A stretch of DNA of 64,000 nucleotides from Candidatus Komeilibacteria bacterium RIFOXYD1_FULL_37_29 (GCA_001818495.1 MHKS01000004.1:161235-225234), one strand, 5' to 3'; positions 47,440 through 57,031 are shown, counted from the stretch's first letter. Notes: a model not told the origin generated them from the sequence alone. Numbers and translations: made by a program.

Positions 47440-47841
47440 ATGTCAGAAGAAAAAAAGGACGTAAAAGTTCCCGCCAAATTCAAGAGTTTGGTAGAAGAAG
47501 TTGAAAAAATGTCTGTTTTAGATCTTTCCGAATTAGTGGCTATTTTGGAAGATAAGTTTGGTGTCAGTGCCGCTGCTCCAGTAGCAATGGCCATGGCTCC
47601 AGCCGCTGGTCAAGCCGCTGCTGAAGAGAAAACTTCTTTCAGTGTTGAGCTTACCGCCGCAGGTGATAACAAAATTGGTGTTATCAAAGCTATTCGCGAA
47701 ATTACTCAACTTGGCTTAAAAGAAGCCAAAGACATGGCTGATGGTGCTCCAGTTAATATCAAAGAAGGAGTAGCCAAAGCCGAAGCCGAGGATATGAAGA
47801 AAAAGATGGAAGCCGCCGGTGCTAAAGTAACTTTGAAATAA
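47440..47841 (+). CDS. rplL: 50S ribosomal protein L7/L12
   Basis: It has an Ala-rich hinge and the C-terminal domain [27 protein letters not shown]...[16 protein letters not shown]. Confidence 0.95.
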   Translation: MSEEKKDVKVPAKFKSLVEEVEKMSVLDLSELVAILEDKFGVSAAAPVAMAMAPAAGQAAAEEKTSFSVELTAAGDNKIGVIKAIREITQLGLKEAKDMADGAPVNIKEGVAKAEAEDMKKKMEAAGAKVTLK

Positions 47842-47859
47842 ATAAAAGTTAAATTTAAA

Positions 47860-47893
47860 AAATCCCCTTACTAAATCAGTGGGGGATTTTTTT
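47860..47893. terminator. bidirectional rho-independent terminator after rplL, overlapping the stop of the convergent gene
   Basis: aAAATCCCCttactaaatcagtGGGGATTTttttatt is an 8-bp stem flanked by an A-run and a T-run. Confidence 0.75.
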
Positions 47894-50006
47894 ATTCGTT
47901 GATAGCTAAGAGGTAGAGGTGTTGGTTGTTGAGAAGATAAATGGCTTTTTCTTCTGGGTCAACTGCCAAGTCTTTTAAGGCATCAAATTTTTGACTGGCA
48001 TACTGATCTTTGATGTTGCCATCTTTGTCTAAGATAATCACTCGATAATTACCTGGATCAATGATGTATAGATAATTGGAGTCTCTAAAGGTTTTAATAA
48101 TTGCTCCTGAGCCGATAATTGGCCGAGGAACATGATAATCAAAGGGCTCTAGCGATCCTTTTAGGAAATTTTGGATTTTGCCGTCATTGGCTATTAGATA
48201 AACACTGCCATCAATAGTAATACTGGAAGCTTGGGAAGTGTCTACTTCTTTTTTGAGCCAGGGTTGTCCGTTGGCAAAACCATTGCCACTTTCGGGGTAT
48301 TTGAAGATCTGATTATTTTTGTCATCTAGGACATATAAGTTATTGCCATAAATGACCAAATCTTTAACCGAAGTATTACTGCTATTTTGTTTTAAATCAC
48401 CGATAATTTGTTTTTTGTCTAAATCAAAAATAATATAGCTTATTTCATTGGTGGCGCTTAAAGTACTGACTACCACACGGTTTTTTTCCGGCCAATCAGT
48501 CATGGAATTGGCCACTTGTCCGCCGGCAAAGTTAAATATTTCTTCTAGTAGATCATCGGTTATTTTATAAAGTTTATTGTCGGCTAGTATATAAAATATA
48601 CCTTCTTTTTGTACTATATCTTGAGAATTGGTGATGTTGGCGCTCATGTCAAATTTTTCCAAAGGAGAGGGGACCACATTGATGTGGCGGACATCATTTA
48701 TCTTGTGGAAAAGTGTTTCAGATAATTTATCAATCTGGGTTTGTTGATCTGGTGAGCTGGGAACCATTTGGGCTATGAGTCCTTCAATTTCTAGCAAAAT
48801 ATTTTCAGCTGCTTGCTCATCATTGTAGATCAATTTAGCATCGACTTCTTGATATTTGGTTTCTATATCTACCAGTAGTTTATTGAAATTTTCATTTTTG
48901 GTATCATCAGCTTTTTCTTGGGTCAAAAATACCAAGCTTTGCAAAAATATCAGGATAACTACAAAGAGCATAATGATACCGATTTTCTTTTTGGTGCTTA
49001 AATTTTGAAACCAAAAATATTTTTGATTGGTGATTTCCTTGATATTATCAATAGTTTTTTCTTCTTTGTTTTTTCTAAATTTTGTAGAGAACACAAAGAG
49101 CCAAGCAAACTTTATTTTTTTGCCGATCAAGGAAAACATAGACCAGAGAGTCTTAAAATATAATGCGGTGAGAGAAAGTATAGAACTAGTTTTTTTGATT
49201 ACGCCTACATTTTTAAGACCACCCAGATCTACTACGGTTTTGGTGCGGGGGAGACTACTATGGTAATTTTGATCGGGCAGTGGTTTGATAGTGTCTTTTA
49301 TTTCCAAATCATCGCGGTCAATCGGTTTTTTGATTTCTCCGGGGGTCAGCTCCCTATCAGTAATGGCCGATTTTTTAATAATCAAGGAGTTGAAGGTTAC
49401 AAAATCTGGCACAGTTTCCAAAAGCTCGTTGATTTTTATGGCAGCGGCTGATGGTGAATATTGGCCGGTCAGCTGTTTTATTTTTTCTTTGGAAATGTAG
49501 TCAAACAAAGATTCAGTCGAAACAATCAAAGCATCTCCGTCGTCTAGCTCGCCACTGATTATATCGGAAAATATTTTATGGGGATTGATATTGCTGTTTT
49601 TGGACATGATAGTAGTCAGTTGTTTACTATGTATCAAGAGTCCACGGATATTTCCAATACCGGCCATAAAGACATTGTTATTGTAGATAATGCCAACGCT
49701 TAAATCCAGAGTATTAATCCAATTGGGTATTTTGACCGCTGAGCTCATTTCCGGCAAAAGCTGGTTGATTTGCTGGAGTAGCTCTTCTAGTAGTGTTTCG
49801 GGGTTTTCCTGATGGCTAGTATCAAAATAAGTGGCCACTTCATTGATTAGTTGGTCGATATAGGGTTGTTGGTCTATTTTTTGTTTGGGTAATTCTAGGA
49901 TAATAAATAAGCGACCATGATCAGAGGAGTCGCTGGTATATACTTCAGAAAGCTCCCGAGCGTTGATATGGTCGTGAGTAAAGATTTTGTGGTATTTTAA
50001 GCCCAT
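47892..50006 (-). CDS. membrane protein: N-terminal cytoplasmic PP2C-like (SpoIIE/PP2C_2-like, possibly inactive) domain, one TM helix, C-terminal extracytoplasmic beta-propeller-like repeats
   Basis: The N-domain pattern RLFIILE...NNVFMAGIGNIRGLLIHSKQLT...LDDGDALIVSTESLFDYIS resembles PP2C motif spacing but without the canonical metal-binding DG.GG motif. The TM segment is IGIIMLFVVILIFLQSLVFL. The C-terminal YxxD/LYxxD repeats suggest a propeller. Confidence 0.5.
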   Translation of the reverse strand: MGLKYHKIFTHDHINARELSEVYTSDSSDHGRLFIILELPKQKIDQQPYIDQLINEVATYFDTSHQENPETLLEELLQQINQLLPEMSSAVKIPNWINTLDLSVGIIYNNNVFMAGIGNIRGLLIHSKQLTTIMSKNSNINPHKIFSDIISGELDDGDALIVSTESLFDYISKEKIKQLTGQYSPSAAAIKINELLETVPDFVTFNSLIIKKSAITDRELTPGEIKKPIDRDDLEIKDTIKPLPDQNYHSSLPRTKTVVDLGGLKNVGVIKKTSSILSLTALYFKTLWSMFSLIGKKIKFAWLFVFSTKFRKNKEEKTIDNIKEITNQKYFWFQNLSTKKKIGIIMLFVVILIFLQSLVFLTQEKADDTKNENFNKLLVDIETKYQEVDAKLIYNDEQAAENILLEIEGLIAQMVPSSPDQQTQIDKLSETLFHKINDVRHINVVPSPLEKFDMSANITNSQDIVQKEGIFYILADNKLYKITDDLLEEIFNFAGGQVANSMTDWPEKNRVVVSTLSATNEISYIIFDLDKKQIIGDLKQNSSNTSVKDLVIYGNNLYVLDDKNNQIFKYPESGNGFANGQPWLKKEVDTSQASSITIDGSVYLIANDGKIQNFLKGSLEPFDYHVPRPIIGSGAIIKTFRDSNYLYIIDPGNYRVIILDKDGNIKDQYASQKFDALKDLAVDPEEKAIYLLNNQHLYLLAINE

Positions 50007-50079
50007 TATTTTACTTTTATGGCAATTAATATTATACTATATTTGAGTATTTTAGTAAATAAATTCCGTTAGAAATACT

Positions 50080-50688
50080 ATGCTTGAACAAATCCTTAGT
50101 TCAGTCGCTCGGACTAAGATACTAAAATTTTTTTGTGTGCATTCTAAGGAGAAATTTTTTGTCAGAGAGCTGGCTAGGCGTCTTAATGTCCAATTAAATT
50201 CTATTCGCCGTGAATTGGCCAATTTGGAAAAATTTGGTTTTCTCAAATCAGAAGAACAAACTTCTAAAAAATATTATTATGCCAACCTGGGGTTTTCTTT
50301 ATTTCCGGAAATAAAGAATTTAGTTTTTAAATCTTTGGCTCTGGAAGAAATGGATACAGCTGGTCGCATGTCCAAGGTAGACGGTTTAAAACTTTTGGTC
50401 TTTACCGGAGTTTTGGCTGAATCACCAGCTTCGACAGATGTTTTGATTGTCGGTAAAGTAGATAAAACTAAATTTGATAAGTATCTAAGAAAAATTGCCG
50501 AGGGTTTACCGGAGGACTTGCGCTATACTTTTTTGCCTTTACAAGAGTATTTGTACCGCACCGAAATTACTGACAAGTTTATCTACGACATTTGGGCCAA
50601 TAAGCATGTGGTGGTAGTGGACAAAATATCCAAAGGCATAGAACTAAAACGCTTGGAAGATTATCAATTTAAGCATTTTAAAGAATAA
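50080..50688 (+). CDS. winged-helix (ArsR/MarR-like) DNA-binding protein with C-terminal domain of unknown function
   Basis: It has an N-terminal wHTH pattern ARTKILKFF...FVRELARRLNVQLNSIRRELANLEKFGFLKSEE. Confidence 0.5.
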   Translation: MLEQILSSVARTKILKFFCVHSKEKFFVRELARRLNVQLNSIRRELANLEKFGFLKSEEQTSKKYYYANLGFSLFPEIKNLVFKSLALEEMDTAGRMSKVDGLKLLVFTGVLAESPASTDVLIVGKVDKTKFDKYLRKIAEGLPEDLRYTFLPLQEYLYRTEITDKFIYDIWANKHVVVVDKISKGIELKRLEDYQFKHFKE

Positions 50689-50689
50689 T

Positions 50690-50995
50690 ATGAGTAAAAG
50701 CAAATTGGGTATTTTATTAATGGTGATTGGAGCATTGTTTACTATTTTTTCATTAACATTACGTTTAGCAAAATTTGGATGTTGTACGTCATTTTCTGGT
50801 GTAAAATTTGGTAGTGCCATTAATGTTTGGGTAAGTAATAGTCAGTATAATGATAGCGCATGTATTTGTAATCCATTGGCTTTAGTAGAACCAAATCATT
50901 ATTATATTCCAGTAGAATTTATAATAGTAGGATTGATAATATTCTTTATCGGTTTTAGGGTTTACTTGAAAGAAAAAAGAGTAAATAATGATTAA
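50690..50995 (+). CDS. small membrane protein (two hydrophobic segments), hypothetical
   Basis: It has a 1-nt gap after the previous stop. The segments GILLMVIGALFTIFSL and IIVGLIIFFIGF are hydrophobic. Confidence 0.45.
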   Translation: MSKSKLGILLMVIGALFTIFSLTLRLAKFGCCTSFSGVKFGSAINVWVSNSQYNDSACICNPLALVEPNHYYIPVEFIIVGLIIFFIGFRVYLKEKRVNND

Positions 50996-51004
50996 TAATT
51001 ATTT

Positions 51005-51289
51005 ATGTGGGAACACTTAAATAAAAAAGAACAGCTTCATTTTCTTAGACTTTGGATCAAAAAGATAACCAAAAAGCATACAGATTTTTCTATTAAAAGA
51101 CATATTGTCAAACATGCTAAAGAAATTTATCAAAAAGATCCGAGAAAGTGGTCAGCCAGTATGAGGAATCTTTTAGAAATTTTTGAAGGTATACACAATA
51201 TCAAACCACATCCAGCCGAACAATTAGAGAGATTGAATAATAAATATCAAAAAGATAAACATCGATATACTGCTCCGCCCAAGAATTAA
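51005..51289 (+). CDS. small basic hypothetical protein
   Basis: It is an ORF only, with no recognisable motifs. Confidence 0.4.
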   Translation: MWEHLNKKEQLHFLRLWIKKITKKHTDFSIKRHIVKHAKEIYQKDPRKWSASMRNLLEIFEGIHNIKPHPAEQLERLNNKYQKDKHRYTAPPKN

Positions 51290-51302
51290 ATAATTATTAT
51301 AA

Positions 51303-51731
51303 ATGATTTTAGTTTTAAATGTATTAAATGATACAAGAGGAGCTTGGCTGATAGTCAGAGATAGCCAAGTTATTTTGTCTCATAATTTTGCAATAGTCAG
51401 GGGAGAGGATCAGAGCTTGAGGCATTTGCAAAAGTTTTTAAGAGATAATAAATTATCGCTTAAAGATTTAAAAGGTTTGATATTTTTGATAAAGGAAGCG
51501 AGCTTAACGCAGATAAAAGTACTGACCACTATGGTCAATACTTTAGCTTGGCAATGTGCTTGGCCCATTGTGGCTGATTATTATTTTAAAGAAGACAATG
51601 ATCAAGCTTTAGCTAAAGCTTTAAAAAAAATCGCCAAGATAAAAAAATTTAAAGCGATTAGCCCTGAGTATCAGCGTCAGGCGGAGATTACTATTTCTCA
51701 AAAAAAATTTAAGTATACTATTAACAACTAA
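51303..51731 (+). CDS. TsaB/YeaZ-like (Kae1/TsaD-fold N-terminal half) protein, tentative
   Basis: MILVLNVLNDTRGAWLIVRDSQVI...LSLKDLKGLIFLIKEASLTQIKVLTTMVNTLAWQCAWPI parallels the TsaB pattern (ILALDTS...SVAL...R.HS...L.l.dLd.iav..GPGSFTGlRIG...A.gLA). This is weak. Confidence 0.35.
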   Translation: MILVLNVLNDTRGAWLIVRDSQVILSHNFAIVRGEDQSLRHLQKFLRDNKLSLKDLKGLIFLIKEASLTQIKVLTTMVNTLAWQCAWPIVADYYFKEDNDQALAKALKKIAKIKKFKAISPEYQRQAEITISQKKFKYTINN

Positions 51732-51828
51732 TTAAATATTTTTATCTTCGAAACACTACTTGGGAGCAGGTAGTGTTTTGTGTTGTATTTATGCACAGCT
51801 ATGTGGATAAGTAGAGCTGGTATTTATA

Positions 51829-51893
51829 TTGACTCTTTGGCTAATGGTGGGGTATAATGTATTTAACTCCCACGGAAGTGGAAAAAAGTGGGG
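51829..51893 (+). promoter_or_regulatory. mraZ promoter (TTGACT, 18-nt spacer, TATAAT) followed by GTGGA-N5-GTGGG direct repeats (putative MraZ operator)
   Basis: The -35 is at 51829-34 and the -10 at 51853-58. GTGGAaaaaaGTGGG lies at 51878-51892, and TGTGGATAAGTA occurs at 51803 and 51910. MraZ binding to GTGG(G/T) repeats with 10-bp periodicity is established knowledge. Confidence 0.4.
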
Positions 51894-51929
51894 AATTTAT
51901 AAAAATAACTGTGGATAAGTATTCTCGCT

Positions 51930-52361
51930 ATGTTTATTGGTGAATATAAGTATAATCTGGATGATAAAAATCGTTTAGCCTTACCTAGCAAGTTTAGGAA
52001 TCTTTTTACATCGGGGGCAGTTATTACCAAAGGATTGGATAATTGTTTATTTATCTATACTGATAAAGAATGGAAAAAGTTGGCTGATAAGTTGGCCAAT
52101 TTACCTTTTTCTCAAGCCAAATCTAGAGCTTTCTCCCGTATGATGCTAGCCGGAGCGATGGATGCTACTTTGGATAAACAGGGACGAATTATCCTACCTG
52201 ATTACTTGAAAGATTTTGCCGGACTAAGTAAGAAAGTGGTAGTAGCCGGTTTGTATAATCGTTTAGAAGTTTGGGATGAAAAAGTCTGGTCTAAATATCA
52301 GCGCACTTCTGAGAAAGATTCCAACGAGATTGCCGAAGGCCTGGTCGATTTAGGAATTTAA
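51930..52361 (+). CDS. mraZ: transcriptional regulator MraZ
   Basis: It has the duplicated MraZ domains (NLDDKNRLALPSKFR...; TLDKQGRIILPDYL). Confidence 0.9.
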   Translation: MFIGEYKYNLDDKNRLALPSKFRNLFTSGAVITKGLDNCLFIYTDKEWKKLADKLANLPFSQAKSRAFSRMMLAGAMDATLDKQGRIILPDYLKDFAGLSKKVVVAGLYNRLEVWDEKVWSKYQRTSEKDSNEIAEGLVDLGI

Positions 52362-52363
52362 TC

Positions 52364-53326
52364 ATGACAGAGTATCAGCATACCAGTGTACTTGTGGAGG
52401 AGCTGATAGATTTACTGGCGCCCCAGAGCAACGGTAATTATATTGATCTTACTTTGGGCGGTGGTGGGCACAGTCAGGCTATTTTAGAAAAAACTGGACC
52501 CGATGGAAAAGTATTGGCCTTTGAGTTAGATGGTCGGGCCATTTCTGCCAGTCAGGATAAATTAAAAAAATATCAGAATCGATTGATCATTATAAATAGC
52601 AGTTACGTAAATTTACAAGCAGAATTTAACAGACAAAAAATCAACATTTCAGGGATAGTCGCAGATTTAGGTTTGTCGTCTGACCAATTGGATAAAGCGG
52701 AAAGAGGCTTTTCTTTTAAGGATCATGGCTCACTGGACATGAGGTTTGATCCAAATGGTCAGACACTTACCGCCTCAGATATTGTTACAGATTACACTGA
52801 GGAGCAAATTTTAAAAATATTTCAGGAGTATGGTGAAGTAAAACAGGCTAAACGCCTGGCCAGGGGTCTTGTATCTTGGCGAAAAAACTTGGACAAACAA
52901 AAACAAAAACCCATAAAAACTTCCATGCTTGTCGGCGCCATACTCCAAATATTGAATATCAAAGAGGACAATTTAAAAAGATTTCGTATCCATCCGGCTA
53001 CGCAGGTATTTCAAGCTCTGCGCATTGCCGTAAACGATGAATTAAATAATTTAAAAAAAGTTTTGCCGCAAGCCTATCAAACACTGCCTTCTGGTGGGCG
53101 TCTGGCAGTGATCAGTTTTCATTCTCTTGAAGATCGCATTGTCAAGCAATATTTCAAGAAAATGACACAAGGATGCATCTGCCCGCCAGAAACTCCGGTT
53201 TGTCGGTGTAATAATCAACCCAAAATCAGATTAGTCAATAAAAAGGCTATCAGGCCTAGTGCAGTGGAGATTAGTAAAAATCCTCGTAGCCGTAGTGCGA
53301 TCCTGAGAGTAATAGAAAAAATATAA
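52364..53326 (+). CDS. rsmH: 16S rRNA (cytosine1402-N4)-methyltransferase RsmH (MraW)
   Basis: HTSVLVEELIDLL, DLTLGGGGHSQAIL and later FHSLEDRIVK are RsmH motifs. Confidence 0.9.
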   Translation: MTEYQHTSVLVEELIDLLAPQSNGNYIDLTLGGGGHSQAILEKTGPDGKVLAFELDGRAISASQDKLKKYQNRLIIINSSYVNLQAEFNRQKINISGIVADLGLSSDQLDKAERGFSFKDHGSLDMRFDPNGQTLTASDIVTDYTEEQILKIFQEYGEVKQAKRLARGLVSWRKNLDKQKQKPIKTSMLVGAILQILNIKEDNLKRFRIHPATQVFQALRIAVNDELNNLKKVLPQAYQTLPSGGRLAVISFHSLEDRIVKQYFKKMTQGCICPPETPVCRCNNQPKIRLVNKKAIRPSAVEISKNPRSRSAILRVIEKI

Positions 53327-53336
53327 AGTATATATT

Positions 53337-53660
53337 ATGTTGAAAACAAAAACAAAAATAATGAATATTTGGCAATTTGCCAAAAGGGGCAATACTTTCA
53401 TGGTGGTTGGTTTGGTTTTATTACTGATGACCATGCTAGTTTCTACCAATTATGCCAACAGTCAATCTCTTGAGAGAAATGAGCTCAGCAAAAATGTGCA
53501 AATAGCTGAAGATGACTTGAGGTTATTTAATGCCGAAGTCAGTCGCTTACAGGCTACCGAAAGGCTAGAGCAGGAAAGCCAGAGATTGAATTTGGTAAAG
53601 ATCCAGACCAATGACATCTACTATTTATCTGGTGATGATGATTTGGTGGCTTTGAAATAA
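53337..53660 (+). CDS. ftsL: cell division protein FtsL-like (single TM plus coiled coil)
   Basis: It has TM TFMVVGLVLLLMTMLV and a coiled coil. Its position between rsmH and ftsI fits FtsL. Confidence 0.6.
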   Translation: MLKTKTKIMNIWQFAKRGNTFMVVGLVLLLMTMLVSTNYANSQSLERNELSKNVQIAEDDLRLFNAEVSRLQATERLEQESQRLNLVKIQTNDIYYLSGDDDLVALK

Positions 53661-53673
53661 AAATTAATTACTT

Positions 53674-55488
53674 ATGAATTTTTTTAGATCTCAGAATTTT
53701 AAGATATCTGTTTTTAGAATAAATGCCCTAGCTTGGGGTATTTTTTTCTTGATGCTACTTATTATTGGGCGCCTTTTTTATGTCCAAATTTTGGGCAATG
53801 AATATTATTTTAATCTGGGATTAGATCAAAGATCAATAGTCAAAGATATCAAGCCAGAAAGAGGGCGGATCTATGCCATAGTCAATGATGAAAGCAGTGA
53901 GCTCTATCCTTTAGCTGTTAATCAAGTTTATTATGAAATCAGTGTTGACCCCTCCAAGATTACCAGACCGCAAAATGTGGCTGATATTTTTAGCCAGGCC
54001 CTAGAGATTAGTGATCCGGTTGAGCAGTCAAAAATTTTGGACAAGCTGAAAAAAGAGAATAGATTTTATGAGCTTATCGCCAAAGATGTGCCACTGGAAA
54101 AAGTCGAGCCGATTAAAGCTAGTTTGGAGCAGTTGCGCTTTGATATTAATAAAGAAAAATCGGAAAAGGAGCAAATAAAGGATTTGAGTGGTTTGGGAGT
54201 CAATTTTGTAAAAAATGTTTTGCGCTATTATCCAGATAAAGAAATTGGAGCACATATTTTGGGATTTTTGGGCTACGATGAGCAGGGTCTTGATCGAGTG
54301 GGCAAATATGGTCTAGAGGGGTATTTTGAAAATATTTTGTCTGGATCGGAAGGACAAGTGAAAGGTGAAGCAGATGTAGCTGGTCGGCTTTTGAGTGGCG
54401 ATGATGGCCAGGCGGCTGAAAACGGAGCGGATATAATATTGACCATTGATCGCACAGTCCAATACGCTGCTTGTCGGGCTCTAGAGAAATCTGTAGCACA
54501 GCATGAAGCCAAGTCTGGTACAGTGATTATTATGGAAACAGCCACTGGTGCAATTTTGGCTATGTGTAATTATCCCAGTTTTGATCCCAATAATTATAGC
54601 CAAGTAGATAGCGCTGATGTTTATAACAACTGGGCCGTTTATCACAATTATGAGCCGGGTTCAGTCATGAAAGCGATTTCTATGGCCATTGCTATTGATC
54701 AGGGGAAAGTCACACCCAATACTTTATATAATGATGAAGGCGAGGTAAAATTTGCTGGTGGCTATGTAGTAAAAAATTCTGATCTCAAAGCCCATGGTAT
54801 GGTGGATATGAAAGAAGTCTTGGCGTCCTCTTTAAATACTGGTATTATTTTTGCCACCTCCGAAGTAAATAATAAAATTTTTGAAGACTATATAAAAAAG
54901 TTTGGTTTTGGTGAAAGTATGGGGCTTGATATTAGCCAAGATAGCAGGGGGGATATTTCTTCTTTAGCTAAAAGTGGTGATATTTTTAGAGCAACTGCTT
55001 CTTATGGGCAGGGTATTACTGTTACTCCTTTACAGATGGTTTCAGCTTTTAATACTATTGCCAATCGTGGTGAAATGATGAAGCCTTATATTGTCAGTCA
55101 GGTCAATTATCCTGATGGTCATCAGGAAGTTTATCAGCCAGAAAAGATTCGGCGGGTCATAGAAGCTAGTACCGCCTCTCAATTATCAGCTATGTTGGTG
55201 CATGTGGTAGACACTGGGCACTCTAAAAGAGCGGGAGTAGAGGGGTATTATGTAGCCGGAAAAACTGGTACAGCTCAGGTAGCTGATACAGCCACCGGTC
55301 AGTATCATGTCAACAAAACTATTCACAATTTTGTTGGTTTTGCTCCCAATGAAAACCCCAAATTTACTATGCTAACCAAATTGGATTATCCTACTTCGGC
55401 TGCTTTTGCCGAAAGTACAGTCGCTCCTTTATTTGGTGAAATTGCCAAATTTTTGTTAGAATACTATCAAGTAGCCCCCAATAGGTAA
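53674..55488 (+). CDS. ftsI: penicillin-binding protein (FtsI-type class B transpeptidase)
   Basis: The SxxK (GSVMKA), SxN (SSLNTG) and KTG (GKTGTAQV) motifs are present. It has an N-terminal TM anchor and lies in the dcw position. Confidence 0.85.
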   Translation: MNFFRSQNFKISVFRINALAWGIFFLMLLIIGRLFYVQILGNEYYFNLGLDQRSIVKDIKPERGRIYAIVNDESSELYPLAVNQVYYEISVDPSKITRPQNVADIFSQALEISDPVEQSKILDKLKKENRFYELIAKDVPLEKVEPIKASLEQLRFDINKEKSEKEQIKDLSGLGVNFVKNVLRYYPDKEIGAHILGFLGYDEQGLDRVGKYGLEGYFENILSGSEGQVKGEADVAGRLLSGDDGQAAENGADIILTIDRTVQYAACRALEKSVAQHEAKSGTVIIMETATGAILAMCNYPSFDPNNYSQVDSADVYNNWAVYHNYEPGSVMKAISMAIAIDQGKVTPNTLYNDEGEVKFAGGYVVKNSDLKAHGMVDMKEVLASSLNTGIIFATSEVNNKIFEDYIKKFGFGESMGLDISQDSRGDISSLAKSGDIFRATASYGQGITVTPLQMVSAFNTIANRGEMMKPYIVSQVNYPDGHQEVYQPEKIRRVIEASTASQLSAMLVHVVDTGHSKRAGVEGYYVAGKTGTAQVADTATGQYHVNKTIHNFVGFAPNENPKFTMLTKLDYPTSAAFAESTVAPLFGEIAKFLLEYYQVAPNR

Positions 55489-55491
55489 AAT

Positions 55492-56757
55492 ATGCGTAAA
55501 ATACTGCATTTCATTTTAAAAATATTAGCTCGGGCCGTAATTTCCAAATATCAGCCGAGAGTTATTGGTATTACTGGTTCAGTAGGGAAGACTTCAGCCA
55601 AAGAGGCAGTTTTTACTGTTTTAAAAGAAAAATTTACTGTCCGGGCTTCCAGTAAAAATTTTAACAATGAAGTCGGCACGCCACTGACTATCTTGGGTCA
55701 GGAAAAATCTCCGGGAAAAAATATTGGCGCCTGGTTGTGGGTGTTCACGGTGTCTGTAAAGCTTCTACTCATTACAGATAAAAAATATCCGCAAGTTTTG
55801 GTTTTGGAAATGGGAGCCGATAAGCCGGGGGATATAAAATATTTAACCAGTATTGTCCAGCCGCATATCGCGGTCATTACGGCTATTGGATATAGCCATT
55901 TGGAGTTTTTTCACTCTCTGAAGAATATTATTAGAGAAAAATCTTCTATTCTAGCTGATTTGGATAAAAATGATTTGGCCGTTTTAAACAATGATGATAA
56001 AAATTTGGAAAAGATTATCGCCAATTGTCAAAGCAAGGTTTATACTTTTGGTAAAAAGGAAAATTCCAATATCAGAATGAGTGAGGTAAATATTACCCAG
56101 AGAAACAATATTTATGGTACTAGTTTTAAGTTGAGCTATGCTGGAGCAGAGGTACCGATGTTTTTACCTTATGTTTTAGGCGGACAGCATGCTCAAGCCG
56201 CTGCCACAGCCACAACCATTGCTTTGTTTATGGGGATGAATTTGGTAGAAATCGGCCAAAGACTTTTGGATTATCAACCAGCTAGAGGTCGCACCAATTT
56301 GATTCGTGGTATTAAAGAAAGCTGGATTATTGATGACACTTACAATGCTTCACCTCAATCAGCTAAGGTCGCTTTGGATATTTTATCTGCTTTGCCAGCC
56401 ACTGGACGGAAAATTGCTGTTTTGGGTGATATGCTAGAGCTGGGGTCTTTGAGCGAAGAGGGACATCAAGAAGTGGGTCGTGAGTTGGTGCGTTTGGGCA
56501 TTGATTATTTGTATGTGGTTGGAGAAAGATCTAGGGATATTGCCAGAGGTGCTAGAGAGGCTGGCATGGACAATGACTGCATTTATCACTTTGCTTTTAC
56601 CAAAGAGGTTGGAATATTTTTGCAGGAAAGAATAGAAAAACATGACATTATCTTAATCAAAGGATCCCGTGGTGCCAAAATGGAACAGGTCGTCTATGAG
56701 CTTATGGACAAGCCGTGGCTAGCCAAAGATTTGTTGGTTGGGGAAGTAGTCAAATGA
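55492..56757 (+). CDS. murF: UDP-N-acetylmuramoyl-tripeptide--D-alanyl-D-alanine ligase
   Basis: The Mur ligase P-loop VIGITGSVGKTSAKE and the MurF C-terminal pattern GRKIAVLGDMLELGS..EGHQEVG are present. murE is absent between ftsI and murF. Confidence 0.8.
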   Translation: MRKILHFILKILARAVISKYQPRVIGITGSVGKTSAKEAVFTVLKEKFTVRASSKNFNNEVGTPLTILGQEKSPGKNIGAWLWVFTVSVKLLLITDKKYPQVLVLEMGADKPGDIKYLTSIVQPHIAVITAIGYSHLEFFHSLKNIIREKSSILADLDKNDLAVLNNDDKNLEKIIANCQSKVYTFGKKENSNIRMSEVNITQRNNIYGTSFKLSYAGAEVPMFLPYVLGGQHAQAAATATTIALFMGMNLVEIGQRLLDYQPARGRTNLIRGIKESWIIDDTYNASPQSAKVALDILSALPATGRKIAVLGDMLELGSLSEEGHQEVGRELVRLGIDYLYVVGERSRDIARGAREAGMDNDCIYHFAFTKEVGIFLQERIEKHDIILIKGSRGAKMEQVVYELMDKPWLAKDLLVGEVVK

Positions 56758-56800
56758 CTTGACTAGTAGCCAAATATTTGTTAGAAATAGATTTGTTTTT

Positions 56801-56875
56801 GGCCCCATCGTCTAACGGTTAGGACGCCAGGTTCTCATCCTGGCAATCGGAGTTCGATTCTCCGTGGGGTCACCA
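56801..56875 (+). tRNA. tRNA-Glu (anticodon CTC), CCA encoded
   Basis: A manual cloverleaf was built: acceptor GGCCCCA/TGGGGTC (one G.U), D-arm GTCT..GGAC, anticodon stem CCAGG/CCTGG with loop TTCTCAT, T-arm CGGAG-TTCGATT-CTCCG, discriminator A plus CCA. Confidence 0.85.
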
Positions 56876-56886
56876 TCCAATCCTTT

Positions 56887-56910
56887 CCTGCCTACCGCAG
56901 GTAGACGCGA
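56887..56910 (+). repeat. 24-nt direct repeat copy 1 (CCTGCCTACCGCAGGTAGACGCGA), hairpin-forming, 12 nt after tRNA-Glu
   Basis: It is 22/24 identical to 57823-57846. CCTGC-ctacc-GCAGG can form a stem-loop. Confidence 0.75.
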
Positions 56911-57031
56911 AAGGCTAGAACCAGTGTAGATTCAAGCTATAATCGGCTTGTTTTTTAAATATAAAAGGACTATCCAACAAATTATGGCTTGACGGATAAT
57001 CCTTTTAAAGACCAAAATGATTGGCTGGTCT

